From a virus (Duplodnaviria; Caudoviricetes): a stretch of DNA of 38,386 nucleotides. Position numbers and translations under genes: made by a program. The stretch spans positions 1 through 38,386 of the IMG/VR virus record IMGVR_UViG_3300012890_000085; one strand, written 5' to 3'. The stretch's first letter is position 1. Every line of letters begins with the position of its first letter. Below are positions 23,966-32,070 of the stretch, piece after piece. A model generated the notes under the pieces. The model did not search any database, had not been told where the DNA came from, and saw only the letters and a list, made by a program, of their open reading frames with translations.

Positions 23966-25084
23966 TTATTGAATCTTGAGGCGCACCCACACCACCTGGC
24001 CGTTCACGTCGAGGTAGCACTTGTAGAGGTAGCCGGCGTTGGCCAGCACGTCGATAAACTCGCGGGCCACGTAGTCGGCCGGCGTCAGCGCGTCGCCCGG
24101 GGCCAGCGCCGCCGAGTCGAGGCACGTGGCCAGCCCGCCGTTAGCCACGCTGTTAGCCACGGCCGAGACGACGGCCGACCGCTTGGCCGCGCTCACGTCC
24201 GTCACGATGAGGGTGAGGTAGCTGGCCTCCTCGCCAAATACGCCCGAGTCCACGTTCACGCGCACGGCGGTTTGCACCCCGTTGGCCTCGCAGATGCCGC
24301 GAATGGAGAACGAGTTATCGCTGACGCCCAGCAAGCTGATGGTCTGCGTGTAGCCGTTCGGGTCGGGGCCGAAGTCAATCAGGTAGAGCATCCCCGCCGC
24401 CGCCTGGTCGTGGTTGATGGCCTGGGCCTGGGCCAGCGTCAGGCTTTGGCTGAGCACCGGGCCGGCGCTAGTAGTGCCGCTGACCGTGGCCGCCTTCCAG
24501 AGGGCCGTACTCACCCCGGCCGTCGTGGGCGCGGGAAACGGCCCGCCGACAACCTTGGCCGAGAAGAAGGCATCTTTCCCGCTCAGCTCGATTTTCATCG
24601 TCTCGTCCAACTGCCAGTCCGCAATCTGGCTGGAGTAGCGCCGCAGGTTGGCCACGGCCTCCGCCTGGCTGCCCTGCTCCACCCACTTCAACGACGCCAG
24701 GCCCGTCGTTGGCGAGAGGTTATAATTGCGCGTGCCGCTGCCATCGAAGTAGGCGTTTACCTGGCCTACGCTACCGAGCGGGCGCTCATCGTACACGAGC
24801 ACCCGCCAGCGGGCGGTGCCGGTGGGCGGCAGGTCGATATAGGCCAGCGTGCCCGTGCTGCACGTGAGCGGGTCGAGCTGGTCGAGCGTGGCCACGCCCG
24901 CCCGGCCCGCCGCCACGGCCTCGGCCTGGGTGAGGTAGATGACCGACTTGAGGCCGCCGATGCGCTCGTTGGCCCCCAGGTTGGCCAGCTGGTGCAGCAC
25001 CGTGCGCAGCAGCGCCGGCGTGATGAGCGCGGTGGTGTTATCGACCAGCTTTTGGTCGATGGCAGTATTGGTAGGAGTAGCCAT
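23966..25084 (-). CDS. Putative tail fibre / virion appendage protein
   Basis: N-terminal DNTTALITPALLR anchor-like motif; Thr/Ala/Gly-rich mosaic body. Confidence 0.55.
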   Translation of the reverse strand: MATPTNTAIDQKLVDNTTALITPALLRTVLHQLANLGANERIGGLKSVIYLTQAEAVAAGRAGVATLDQLDPLTCSTGTLAYIDLPPTGTARWRVLVYDERPLGSVGQVNAYFDGSGTRNYNLSPTTGLASLKWVEQGSQAEAVANLRRYSSQIADWQLDETMKIELSGKDAFFSAKVVGGPFPAPTTAGVSTALWKAATVSGTTSAGPVLSQSLTLAQAQAINHDQAAAGMLYLIDFGPDPNGYTQTISLLGVSDNSFSIRGICEANGVQTAVRVNVDSGVFGEEASYLTLIVTDVSAAKRSAVVSAVANSVANGGLATCLDSAALAPGDALTPADYVAREFIDVLANAGYLYKCYLDVNGQVVWVRLKIQ

Positions 25085-25093
25085 AAAAGGGAG

Positions 25094-25627
25094 TTAGCTG
25101 AAGCCCGGCCCGAAGCCGGCCGCGAAGGCGCGCGGGGCCGGGGCCGGCGTGGTGGGGGACTCAAGGAGGTAGACCAGCGCCGGCTCGGGCGTGAGGCCGG
25201 CGAAGCTGAGCGGGTAGCCGTTGCGGTCGCCGGGGCGCTTGCCCGTTTCCAGCCCAGCCGTGAGGCGCAGCGGATGGTCGGGGGTGCCCACCAGCTTCGT
25301 CAGCCCGTTGGCGTCGGTGTAGGCGGCCACGAAGTAGCGCACGGCCCGCAGCCGGGCCACGGCCGCCTGCCGGTCGGGCGCGTCGTGGGCAATGACCAGC
25401 TGCAAGCTGGCCTTGTAGAACTCGCCCTGGGCGTCGGTGGCCTCGGGCTCCTCGAAGCCGGCCGAGTCGGGGGCAAAGAAGATATCGCAGTAGTCCAGCG
25501 GGTCGCGCAGACTCAGGGGCTGGGTGGCGTCGCGGGGCAGGGCCAGCACGTTGCGGGCCGGCCACACGCGCAGGGCCCGCACCCCGCCCAGGTTCAGGCA
25601 CTCGTTGGCGGGCAGGGGCAGCAGCAC
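25094..25627 (-). CDS. Phage structural protein (tube-fold-like, hypothetical)
   Basis: NLGG, YTDANG...LVGT.D.PL and C-terminal FAAGFGPGFS; motifs echo the 20241-20783 protein. Confidence 0.55.
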   Translation of the reverse strand: MLLPLPANECLNLGGVRALRVWPARNVLALPRDATQPLSLRDPLDYCDIFFAPDSAGFEEPEATDAQGEFYKASLQLVIAHDAPDRQAAVARLRAVRYFVAAYTDANGLTKLVGTPDHPLRLTAGLETGKRPGDRNGYPLSFAGLTPEPALVYLLESPTTPAPAPRAFAAGFGPGFS

Positions 25628-25631
25628 GGGC

Positions 25632-26033
25632 CTAGCGAATGGTGAGCGTGATAGTGGTGGCCGGCAGCAGCTTGCCCATCAACCGCTCAAATGCTTCCTG
25701 GCTCTTGTAAATCTTGGTGTTGCTGGGCAGCCGGGCCAGGCCCACCAAAATGCAGCCCCGGGTATCGGCCGCGCCGTTGCCGGGGTGCAGAAGCACGCCC
25801 CGGCCGGCCAGCGCGCCGCCCAGGCGCGGGGTGAGCATCCGAAAGGCCGGGCTGCGCTCCAGGGTCACGGGGTAGGTGCCGGCCGGGATGGCCGTTTGGC
25901 CGGGTACCACGTCGCCGGCCGGGCGCACCTGGTCTTCCAGTGTCCAGCAGAAGAATTTTCCGTCAATTGACAATTCGCCCAGGGTGCAGCCGTGGGCCGA
26001 GGGGTGACGCTTGAGGTCGAGGTGAGGGTTCAT
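25632..26033 (-). CDS. DUF5675-family protein (predicted cell-wall peptidase/endolysin; start revised to ATG 26033)
   Basis: TLGEL.IDG.F.C.TLED, AIPAGTY and LLHPGN...DTRGCILVG motifs. Confidence 0.85.
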   Translation of the reverse strand: MNPHLDLKRHPSAHGCTLGELSIDGKFFCWTLEDQVRPAGDVVPGQTAIPAGTYPVTLERSPAFRMLTPRLGGALAGRGVLLHPGNGAADTRGCILVGLARLPSNTKIYKSQEAFERLMGKLLPATTITLTIR

Positions 26034-26039
26034 GGCGCC

Positions 26040-26074
26040 CAAGAAGCACTTTTGGGCCGCCGGGTAGTAGGCCG
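26040..26074 (-). promoter_or_regulatory. Late-promoter motif copy 6 (one mismatch)
   Basis: CGGCCTA-N21-CTTCTTG, 6 nt before ATG 26033. Confidence 0.6.
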
Positions 26075-26166
26075 GCAAGCGGGCCGCCCAAACCTGGCAA
26101 TTGCCAGCCGCCAGCCCAGGGCCGGCCGGCAACTGCCGGGTTACCTGCCGGTGCCTCCCCTGCCCA

Positions 26167-26208
26167 CCTGGGGAACAACTGGCAAATCCTGGGGAGGAAC
26201 TGGCAAAT
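26167..26208. repeat. Tandem 21-bp direct repeat
   Basis: CCTGGGGAACAACTGGCAAAT / CCTGGGGAGGAACTGGCAAAT (19/21 identical). Confidence 0.8.
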
Positions 26209-26276
26209 TTATTTTTTCAGAACCGGCCCGTTTTTTCAGCCCCTTCCTCCCCCCTTTCCGTATCCTGTGGCCGTTT

Positions 26277-28130
26277 TTAAAACAGGCGCACCAGCTCGGC
26301 CGTGGCCGCCTTGCGCAGGGGCAGCGTGGCCGTGAGCTTGCGCAGCAGGAAGGGCACCCCGTCGAGGCGCAGCGGCTGGGTGGGGTCGAGCCGGGCCAGG
26401 TCGAGGGCCGTGAGCTGGAGCGGCTGCTTGTAGCTCACCGGGCTCAGCTGCACGGGCAGCCAGTCCTGGAGCCACTGGGCGTAGGTGCCGGTGGCCCCGG
26501 CCAGGCGCACGGAGTAGGCGCCACTGCGGCTCTGGTGCGAGAGCTGCGGGTACACGTTCACCCCGTCGCTGACTTTTTGGAGCCCGTTGTAGAACAGCAG
26601 CCGCAACTCCGCGCTGCGGCTCCCCACGTCCTGGCTGGCATTGGCCCCGCCCGCCGGCTGGTCGGCCCGAAAGAGCGGCTGCGAGATGGCCGGCAGCACG
26701 CACGTGGTCACCAGGTTCTCGGTGCAGCGCGTGGGGCGCTCCACCGTGTAGCACGTGGCCTGCTCCTGCACCTCGCCCCCACCCAGCACGGCAATGGCCG
26801 GCAGGGCCACCACCAGCGGCGTCCAGGTGAGCGTCACGCTCACCCCGTCGAGGTAGCTCAGCGTGCAGGTGTAGTAGGTCGCCGTGGCCAGCACCTGGCG
26901 CACCTGCCCGTTCTGGGGGTTGGCGGTGAGCAGGACGGCCGTGGCCGGCAGGTCGGCCACGGTGGCCACGGCCGGCAGCACCAGGGCCGGGTCGGGCTGC
27001 TGGGTGAGCAAGTCCTTGGTCAGCTCGTCGGTCCCATCCACGTGCGGCGAGAGCGTGAGGCCCGCCGCGTCGTCGAGCGTCACTTCCGGCGGCCCGGCCA
27101 GGCGCGTGCTCCAGTCCACGAAGGGCGCGCCGGGGGCTACCTGCTCGGCCAGGTAGCGCGAGCGCACGCGCTGGGTGAGCGGGTCCACGTACACCACGAT
27201 GCCGAAATCCTGGCGCAGGGCCGCCAGCAGCTGGGCCACTGTCAGCTCGGGCACCACGTCGGCCAGGCTGAAGCGCAGGGCCGCCAGGTCGCCCCTATCC
27301 ACCAGCAGCGCATTGCTGACCACCACCAACTCCCCCAGCTCGCCGGGCAGCAGCTGGGCCACGTCCACCACCAGGCCGCTCTCCTCGCAAATGCTTTGCA
27401 GCACGTAGCGCAGCTTGGGAAAGGGGCAGTAGTGGGGCAGCACCGTAAACACGCCGTACACCACCCCACCCGGCACCTTAAAGTCGATGTTGTAGCCAAA
27501 GCTGCCCCCGGCCGGCAGCCCCAGAAAGGCGGTGGCATTGATTATCCAGCGATTAACCGCCTCGTAGGGGTAATTGAGCGGGTCGATGTTCTTGGCATCG
27601 AAGCCCGGCAGCGCGGCCGTGGCCTCGTTGATGTACTCGTTGCGCAGGGGGGCAAACACGTAGGGGTAGGCGCCCTCGCTGGCCACGACCTCGTTGGCGT
27701 GCAGCACCAGGCCCGGCATCTGAAAGTCGCCGCCGCTGCCCGGCACCGGCACCCAGCGCGGCACCTCGCGCAGCCCGCCGTAAGCAAACGAACTCAGCAG
27801 CCGCTCGCTCAGGCCCGCCCCCGACAAGCCCCCCTGCACGCTCACACTGTACTTGCTGCTGGTCGCCGTTTTCACGCGCTGGGTGCCCACCAGCACCGGC
27901 AGGCCATCGGCCCGCAGCTCGGCCGGGCGCGTGGCCCCCGGCACCGCGCCCAGGTCGGGGCGCTCGGGCCAGCCGTACACCCGCCCGTTGGGGCCGGCCG
28001 GCACGCCGAACGAGTAGGAGAAGCTGCCCTTGATGGTGTCGGCATCGAACAGGGGCGAGTTGGTTTCCACCTGCACCGTGGTCGCGGGGCTCAGGTGCAC
28101 GGGCTGGCCGGCGCTAAATAGCTCAAGCAT
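26277..28130 (-). CDS. Minor tail / baseplate-hub-like protein (start revised to ATG 28130)
   Basis: ETNSPLF...GSFSYSF.VP...N N-terminus typical of sipho tail-tip proteins; overlaps upstream stop. Confidence 0.7.
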   Translation of the reverse strand: MLELFSAGQPVHLSPATTVQVETNSPLFDADTIKGSFSYSFGVPAGPNGRVYGWPERPDLGAVPGATRPAELRADGLPVLVGTQRVKTATSSKYSVSVQGGLSGAGLSERLLSSFAYGGLREVPRWVPVPGSGGDFQMPGLVLHANEVVASEGAYPYVFAPLRNEYINEATAALPGFDAKNIDPLNYPYEAVNRWIINATAFLGLPAGGSFGYNIDFKVPGGVVYGVFTVLPHYCPFPKLRYVLQSICEESGLVVDVAQLLPGELGELVVVSNALLVDRGDLAALRFSLADVVPELTVAQLLAALRQDFGIVVYVDPLTQRVRSRYLAEQVAPGAPFVDWSTRLAGPPEVTLDDAAGLTLSPHVDGTDELTKDLLTQQPDPALVLPAVATVADLPATAVLLTANPQNGQVRQVLATATYYTCTLSYLDGVSVTLTWTPLVVALPAIAVLGGGEVQEQATCYTVERPTRCTENLVTTCVLPAISQPLFRADQPAGGANASQDVGSRSAELRLLFYNGLQKVSDGVNVYPQLSHQSRSGAYSVRLAGATGTYAQWLQDWLPVQLSPVSYKQPLQLTALDLARLDPTQPLRLDGVPFLLRKLTATLPLRKAATAELVRLF

Positions 28131-29859
28131 AAGGCGTGGGGGCGTAGGCGGTGGGCGTGTAGGCGTAGTCGCATTCGAGCAGCAGCCCGCGCAGGCCCGG
28201 CTCGTCGCCGTAGGTGGCCAGGCTGCGCTTGGGCCAGTCCAGGGGCCGCAGCTGGGTGCCCACCTGCTGCCACAGCTCGCGGGTGAGCACCAGCTCTTGC
28301 AGCCAATCCAGCTCCGCCGGCGAGAGCCAGCCGGTGGCCAGCTTGAGCTTGCGGCTGGCACTCACCTCGCTCACCCAGCGGTCGGGCGTGGCCGGCCCGT
28401 CGCCCGGGCGGGCGGGGCGCTCCACCTTGTCGGTGGTGGCTTCGAGCGTGGCTTCCAGCCGACCCTCCCCGCGCAAGGTGTCGAGGCCGCCGAGCGAGTT
28501 GGTGAACAGCAGGTAGCGGGTGCGCTCGCTGGCCTCCACGAAGCCGAAGTAGGCCAGCGGGCTGCGCGGCGCCCCGGCCGCCGTTTCCACCTGCACGCTC
28601 AGGTAGGCGTAGCCCGGCCGGGTGGGGGCCAGCGGAATGGCCAGCAGCCGGTAGGCCCAGCCGCGCGCGGCCGGCCGGCTCAGGGTTTCCGTGTCGGTGA
28701 CTACGGTACCCGCAGGCTGGTCGTAGCGGCGGCGCACGCACAGCGCCTCGCTCGTCGCGGCCGGGGGTACGAGCCAGAACAGCCATTCGGGCTGCTGGTA
28801 GGTCACGGCCTTGGCGGTGCCACTGGCGTAGGTGCCGGCGCCATTGGGCTGCCAGCTCAGGAAGGGCGCGTAGTCAAAGGTCGCCTGGAAGGCCGCGTAG
28901 TCGGGGCTGGGCCACTCGGGCGGCAGCCCGCCGCGCAGGGCCGTGCGCACGGGGCTGGTGGCCACTACCGGCGCCTGGCCGGCCAGGGTGCGGGTGGTGC
29001 GCACGTAGTAGTTACACAGGTTGGTAGTGCAAAGCTGCGTGGCCAGCGGGCCGGCCGTGGGCGGCACGAAGGCCCGCAGCAGCGGCCAGAGCAGCGTATC
29101 GAGGCGAAAGCTGACCTTGCCCGCCACATTGGGCCGCTTGCGCAGGGTCACGACCAGGGCGAAGTCATCGGCCCCGTGGGCGCTCTCGGCCCACAGCTCC
29201 AGCGTGACCTCAGCCCCACTCGGCACGTTGGGCACCGGGTACCACAGCGGTTGCCCCACCAGGTCGAGGCCCTGGCTGGGCCCGAGTGGCGCGGCCGGCG
29301 GCGGCGGGGCGGCCACCGTGACCTGCACCGTGCGGGTGCAGCCGCTCAGCCCATCGTCGCGCAGGCTCACCACGTGCGCGCCCGGGGCCACGTCGTAGAA
29401 AATAGACCCCGATTGCTCGGTGCCCCCATCAAGGCGGTACTGCACCTGGCCGTTGGCCGTGCCCGTGAGCTTGGCCGTGAGCGTGGCCCCGGTGGCGGTG
29501 GCCACCTGGCTCACGCTGGCGCTGCCCAAATCGCAGGTGAGCGCGGCGGGCGGGCTGTAGCCGCAGCTGGGGCTATCGCTTTCCTCGGCCACCGTGAAGC
29601 CGCCCTTGCCATCGCCCGTATAGCCCCGGCGCGTGGTGCCGTCGCAGTAGTGGTAGAACTCGCCGGGGTAGTTGTACTCCTCGGGGTGGTTGCTGTCCTG
29701 AAAATCGTCGTACTGCCCCGCAAATTCCGTCGTGACGGCCTTGGCGTCCGTGTCGAATACCCAGTTGGTCGTGTCGTAGCTCGTGCCGAACACCTGGCCC
29801 GTGCGGTCGCCGTAGGCCGTGCCGTTCTCGTAGCTGGTGCGGATGATAATGCTGCTCAT
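28123..29859 (-). CDS. Minor tail protein with an Ig/SprB-like repeat
   Basis: QYRLDGGTEQSGSIFYDVAPGAH.V..RD..GC repeat unit; C-terminal FTNSLGGLD...G and TGWL motifs. Confidence 0.7.
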   Translation of the reverse strand: MSSIIIRTSYENGTAYGDRTGQVFGTSYDTTNWVFDTDAKAVTTEFAGQYDDFQDSNHPEEYNYPGEFYHYCDGTTRRGYTGDGKGGFTVAEESDSPSCGYSPPAALTCDLGSASVSQVATATGATLTAKLTGTANGQVQYRLDGGTEQSGSIFYDVAPGAHVVSLRDDGLSGCTRTVQVTVAAPPPPAAPLGPSQGLDLVGQPLWYPVPNVPSGAEVTLELWAESAHGADDFALVVTLRKRPNVAGKVSFRLDTLLWPLLRAFVPPTAGPLATQLCTTNLCNYYVRTTRTLAGQAPVVATSPVRTALRGGLPPEWPSPDYAAFQATFDYAPFLSWQPNGAGTYASGTAKAVTYQQPEWLFWLVPPAATSEALCVRRRYDQPAGTVVTDTETLSRPAARGWAYRLLAIPLAPTRPGYAYLSVQVETAAGAPRSPLAYFGFVEASERTRYLLFTNSLGGLDTLRGEGRLEATLEATTDKVERPARPGDGPATPDRWVSEVSASRKLKLATGWLSPAELDWLQELVLTRELWQQVGTQLRPLDWPKRSLATYGDEPGLRGLLLECDYAYTPTAYAPTPYA

Positions 29860-30344
29860 AACCCGCTACCCCCCTTCTGCCAGCGCGTGGCGTCGTACTT
29901 CAGCTGCACGTAGTCGCTGAGGGTGAACTCGAAGCGCCACCCCAATTCGCCCGCCTGCGAGAGCGTGGCCACGGCTTCGAGCTGGCCGCCGTCGAGCGAG
30001 AAGGCCACGAACTTGCGCTGCGTGTAGTCCTGGCGCAGCCGGCTCAGCACGTCGAAGGCGATGGCCTCGGTGCTGGCCCACTTGGCGTCCTGGGCGGCGT
30101 AGTCGTTGGCCGGGGCCGTGTCGAGGATGATGAAGGCGGCCGTGCGCTGCCCCAGTGGCATCGTGCCATCCTTGTCGAGCAGCGTCAGGCTGGGCGTTTC
30201 CAGCCACAGCAGCGGGTAGCTCAGCTCGTTGCGGCTGCCCTCGATGATGCGCCGGGCGGCCCCGTGCACAAAGTCTTGCAGGCCCACGTGCTGGGCCGCC
30301 AGCTGGCCAAAGTAGGCAATCAGGTCTGGGAGCGTATTTTCCAT
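29856..30344 (-). CDS. Tail terminator/completion-like protein (hypothetical)
   Basis: YPLLWLE...GWRFEF pattern; first gene of the tail operon. Confidence 0.55.
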   Translation of the reverse strand: MENTLPDLIAYFGQLAAQHVGLQDFVHGAARRIIEGSRNELSYPLLWLETPSLTLLDKDGTMPLGQRTAAFIILDTAPANDYAAQDAKWASTEAIAFDVLSRLRQDYTQRKFVAFSLDGGQLEAVATLSQAGELGWRFEFTLSDYVQLKYDATRWQKGGSGL

Positions 30345-30348
30345 GCGG

Positions 30349-30384
30349 TAAAGGAACGCCCCGCCCCTACCCGCTTTTAGGACG
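30349..30384 (-). promoter_or_regulatory. Late-promoter motif copy 7
   Basis: CGTCCTA-N21-TTCCTTTA; overlaps the stop codon of the upstream gene. Confidence 0.7.
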
Positions 30385-30892
30385 CAAGTGCGAAGTCCGA
30401 GAGCATCTCCCCCCGGCCCTCGCCGTAAAGCATAAAGTGCTGGCCATTATCGCGCAGGATATTATCCTTATAGTCGCGGTAGCTTTTGCGCAGTACTTCC
30501 AGGTCGGCCTCGCTGGGGTCGATGTTGTAGAGCTTGCAGAAGTTGCGCAAGGCCTCGCGCTCGTTCTGGCTCACCACCACGTGCCCGATGACGAAGGAAA
30601 TCATCATCTGCAAAAACAGCTTGTCGAACATCTCCCCTAGCTGCTTGCTCGACTCGGCCGTGAGCGTGTGGTGCTTGAGAGCCGTGGGCAGCGTCACCAG
30701 GTAGGCAGACTTTTCGGCCTGCTCCGGCCGGCGCAACTGGCGGTAGGGCTGCTTCTCCACCTTCATGCGCACCACCCGCCCCAAAAATGTGTTCTGATGC
30801 ACCGGCTTTGGCTGCTCAGGGCCAAAGAGGTGCAGCATGTATTCTCGCACGTAGGAGCGAACGGGGATGGCGAAGATGGGCAGGTTGCTCAC
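30377..30892 (-). CDS. Hypothetical protein, candidate late transcription activator (probable GTG start 30892)
   Basis: N-terminal RHH-like IPVRSYVREYM and C-terminal HTH-like ALRNFCKLYNI....DLEVLRKSYRDY; sits between early and late modules. Confidence 0.55.
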   Translation of the reverse strand: MSNLPIFAIPVRSYVREYMLHLFGPEQPKPVHQNTFLGRVVRMKVEKQPYRQLRRPEQAEKSAYLVTLPTALKHHTLTAESSKQLGEMFDKLFLQMMISFVIGHVVVSQNEREALRNFCKLYNIDPSEADLEVLRKSYRDYKDNILRDNGQHFMLYGEGRGEMLSDFALAS

Positions 30893-30919
30893 AAAAAAAA
30901 GGGGTAGTTGTTTCCTCAT

Positions 30920-30955
30920 CAAAGGTTCAGCTAAGCAACCGCAGAAATTAGGACG
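30920..30955 (-). promoter_or_regulatory. Late-promoter motif copy 8
   Basis: CGTCCTA-N21-AACCTTTG; overlaps the resolvase stop codon. Confidence 0.75.
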
Positions 30956-31598
30956 AAAGTGCGGCCTTCACTTTAAGTACCGTATTGGTGGAACAGCCGG
31001 CTAGCCCAGCAATTTCGCGTACAACAAGCCCCTTCTCCAAATACTTGACCACTTTAGGGTATTTAGCCAACAATTTCTCGGTATTCTGCTGGCTGCCGGT
31101 GGGCCGCCCCTTCTGCGCGCCGGCCGCGTAGGCTTTGTCCTGGCCACTTTTGATGCGGTGGCCCAGGCGCTCGGTTTCCATCTCGTCCACCTCCATGAGC
31201 ACGGTCATGATGAGGCGGGCAATGGGATTGGGTTTCCCGTCAGGCAGCAAGGAGCCCAGTTGGATGTTGAGCGCAAACACCGACACCTTGAGGTCGGCCA
31301 GCTCCTCGACCACCTGGCGCGTCTCGCGGGCGCGGCGGCCCAGCCGGCTTAGCTCGGTCACGAGCACCATGCGCACGGTGCCCGCCTTGGCCAGGGCCAG
31401 CAGCTGGTCGAGGTCGGGGCGCTTGGCCCGGCTGCGGCGCGAGCCACTGAGCTTCTCGGCAATCGTGGCCACCACCTGGTAGTCGGCGCGGGCCGCGTGC
31501 CGCTCCAAGTCGCGCAGCTGCCGGCCGAAGTCCTGGGCCTCGCTGCTCACGCGGGCGAACAGCACCACCGGCAGCGGAGCATCTTGTGTTTTATCCAC
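30948..31598 (-). CDS. Small serine recombinase (resolvase/invertase family)
   Basis: FARVSS..Q...RQ, EKLSG, ELSRLGR, GRP motifs and C-terminal HTH. Confidence 0.93.
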   Translation of the reverse strand: MDKTQDAPLPVVLFARVSSEAQDFGRQLRDLERHAARADYQVVATIAEKLSGSRRSRAKRPDLDQLLALAKAGTVRMVLVTELSRLGRRARETRQVVEELADLKVSVFALNIQLGSLLPDGKPNPIARLIMTVLMEVDEMETERLGHRIKSGQDKAYAAGAQKGRPTGSQQNTEKLLAKYPKVVKYLEKGLVVREIAGLAGCSTNTVLKVKAALSS

Positions 31599-31599
31599 G

Positions 31600-31712
31600 G
31601 CGTTTGTCTCAAAATAAGTGTTGCGAAAAAAGGGCCCTCAAACGAGGGCCTGAGTGCCCTTTTTCACGCTCAAAACCTGTTGCTCAAAAACCAGGTGGTT
31701 AATGTGACACAA
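31600..31712. promoter_or_regulatory. Candidate res site
   Basis: AT-rich gap upstream of the resolvase with repeated half-sites GTCTCAAAA, CCTCAAA, GCTCAAAA (twice) and inverted TTGCGA/TGTGAC variants. Confidence 0.45.
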
Positions 31713-31713
31713 C

Positions 31714-32070
31714 TCACACCCACCCGAATAGCCGGGCCGCTGTCTCCTGGGCTGCCGGCAGCCCGTGGCACGTGTGCACCTGCGCCTCGGCCGGCAAGCG
31801 GTTGCCCGTGATAAAATTATTGAGCAGCGCGATGGCGCTCTCCGCTGTCTCCCCGTTGCTCACGGCCACCGTGAAATACTCGTTCAGGTCGAACTCATTG
31901 CCGAACGCCCAGCTAAAGCCGGGACCGAGGATATAGTACACCTCCCCCACTCGGGTAAGCTGGGTAATGAGTCGCACCAGGTCATTCGGGTCGCGCAGCA
32001 CCAGATGCTGCCCCGGCTTCAGCTCAGTGAGCAATTGCCGGCCGGTTTTGCCGGAAGTGGTAGTTGCCAT
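31714..32070 (-). CDS. Hypothetical protein (118 aa)
   Basis: TAATG coupling with upstream gene. Confidence 0.65.
   Translation of the reverse strand: MATTTSGKTGRQLLTELKPGQHLVLRDPNDLVRLITQLTRVGEVYYILGPGFSWAFGNEFDLNEYFTVAVSNGETAESAIALLNNFITGNRLPAEAQVHTCHGLPAAQETAARLFGWV

Noticed and set aside
23419-25084. Diversity-generating retroelement or invertible tail-fibre shufflon
   Set aside because: No reverse transcriptase, no template/variable repeat pair and no inverted fibre cassette or flanking inverted sites seen.
23738-29913. Very long + strand ORFs (635, 709 and 627 aa)
   Set aside because: Antisense shadows of GC-rich minus-strand tail genes; no recognisable motifs or promoters.
30893-30904. 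A8G4 run as a programmed frameshift or phase-variation tract
   Set aside because: Lies just upstream of the probable GTG start and resembles the pyrimidine-rich leaders of many genes here.
30948-31598. Serine recombinase as the prophage integrase
   Set aside because: Too short, has a resolvase-type HTH tail, and lies ~31 kb from the visible att junction.
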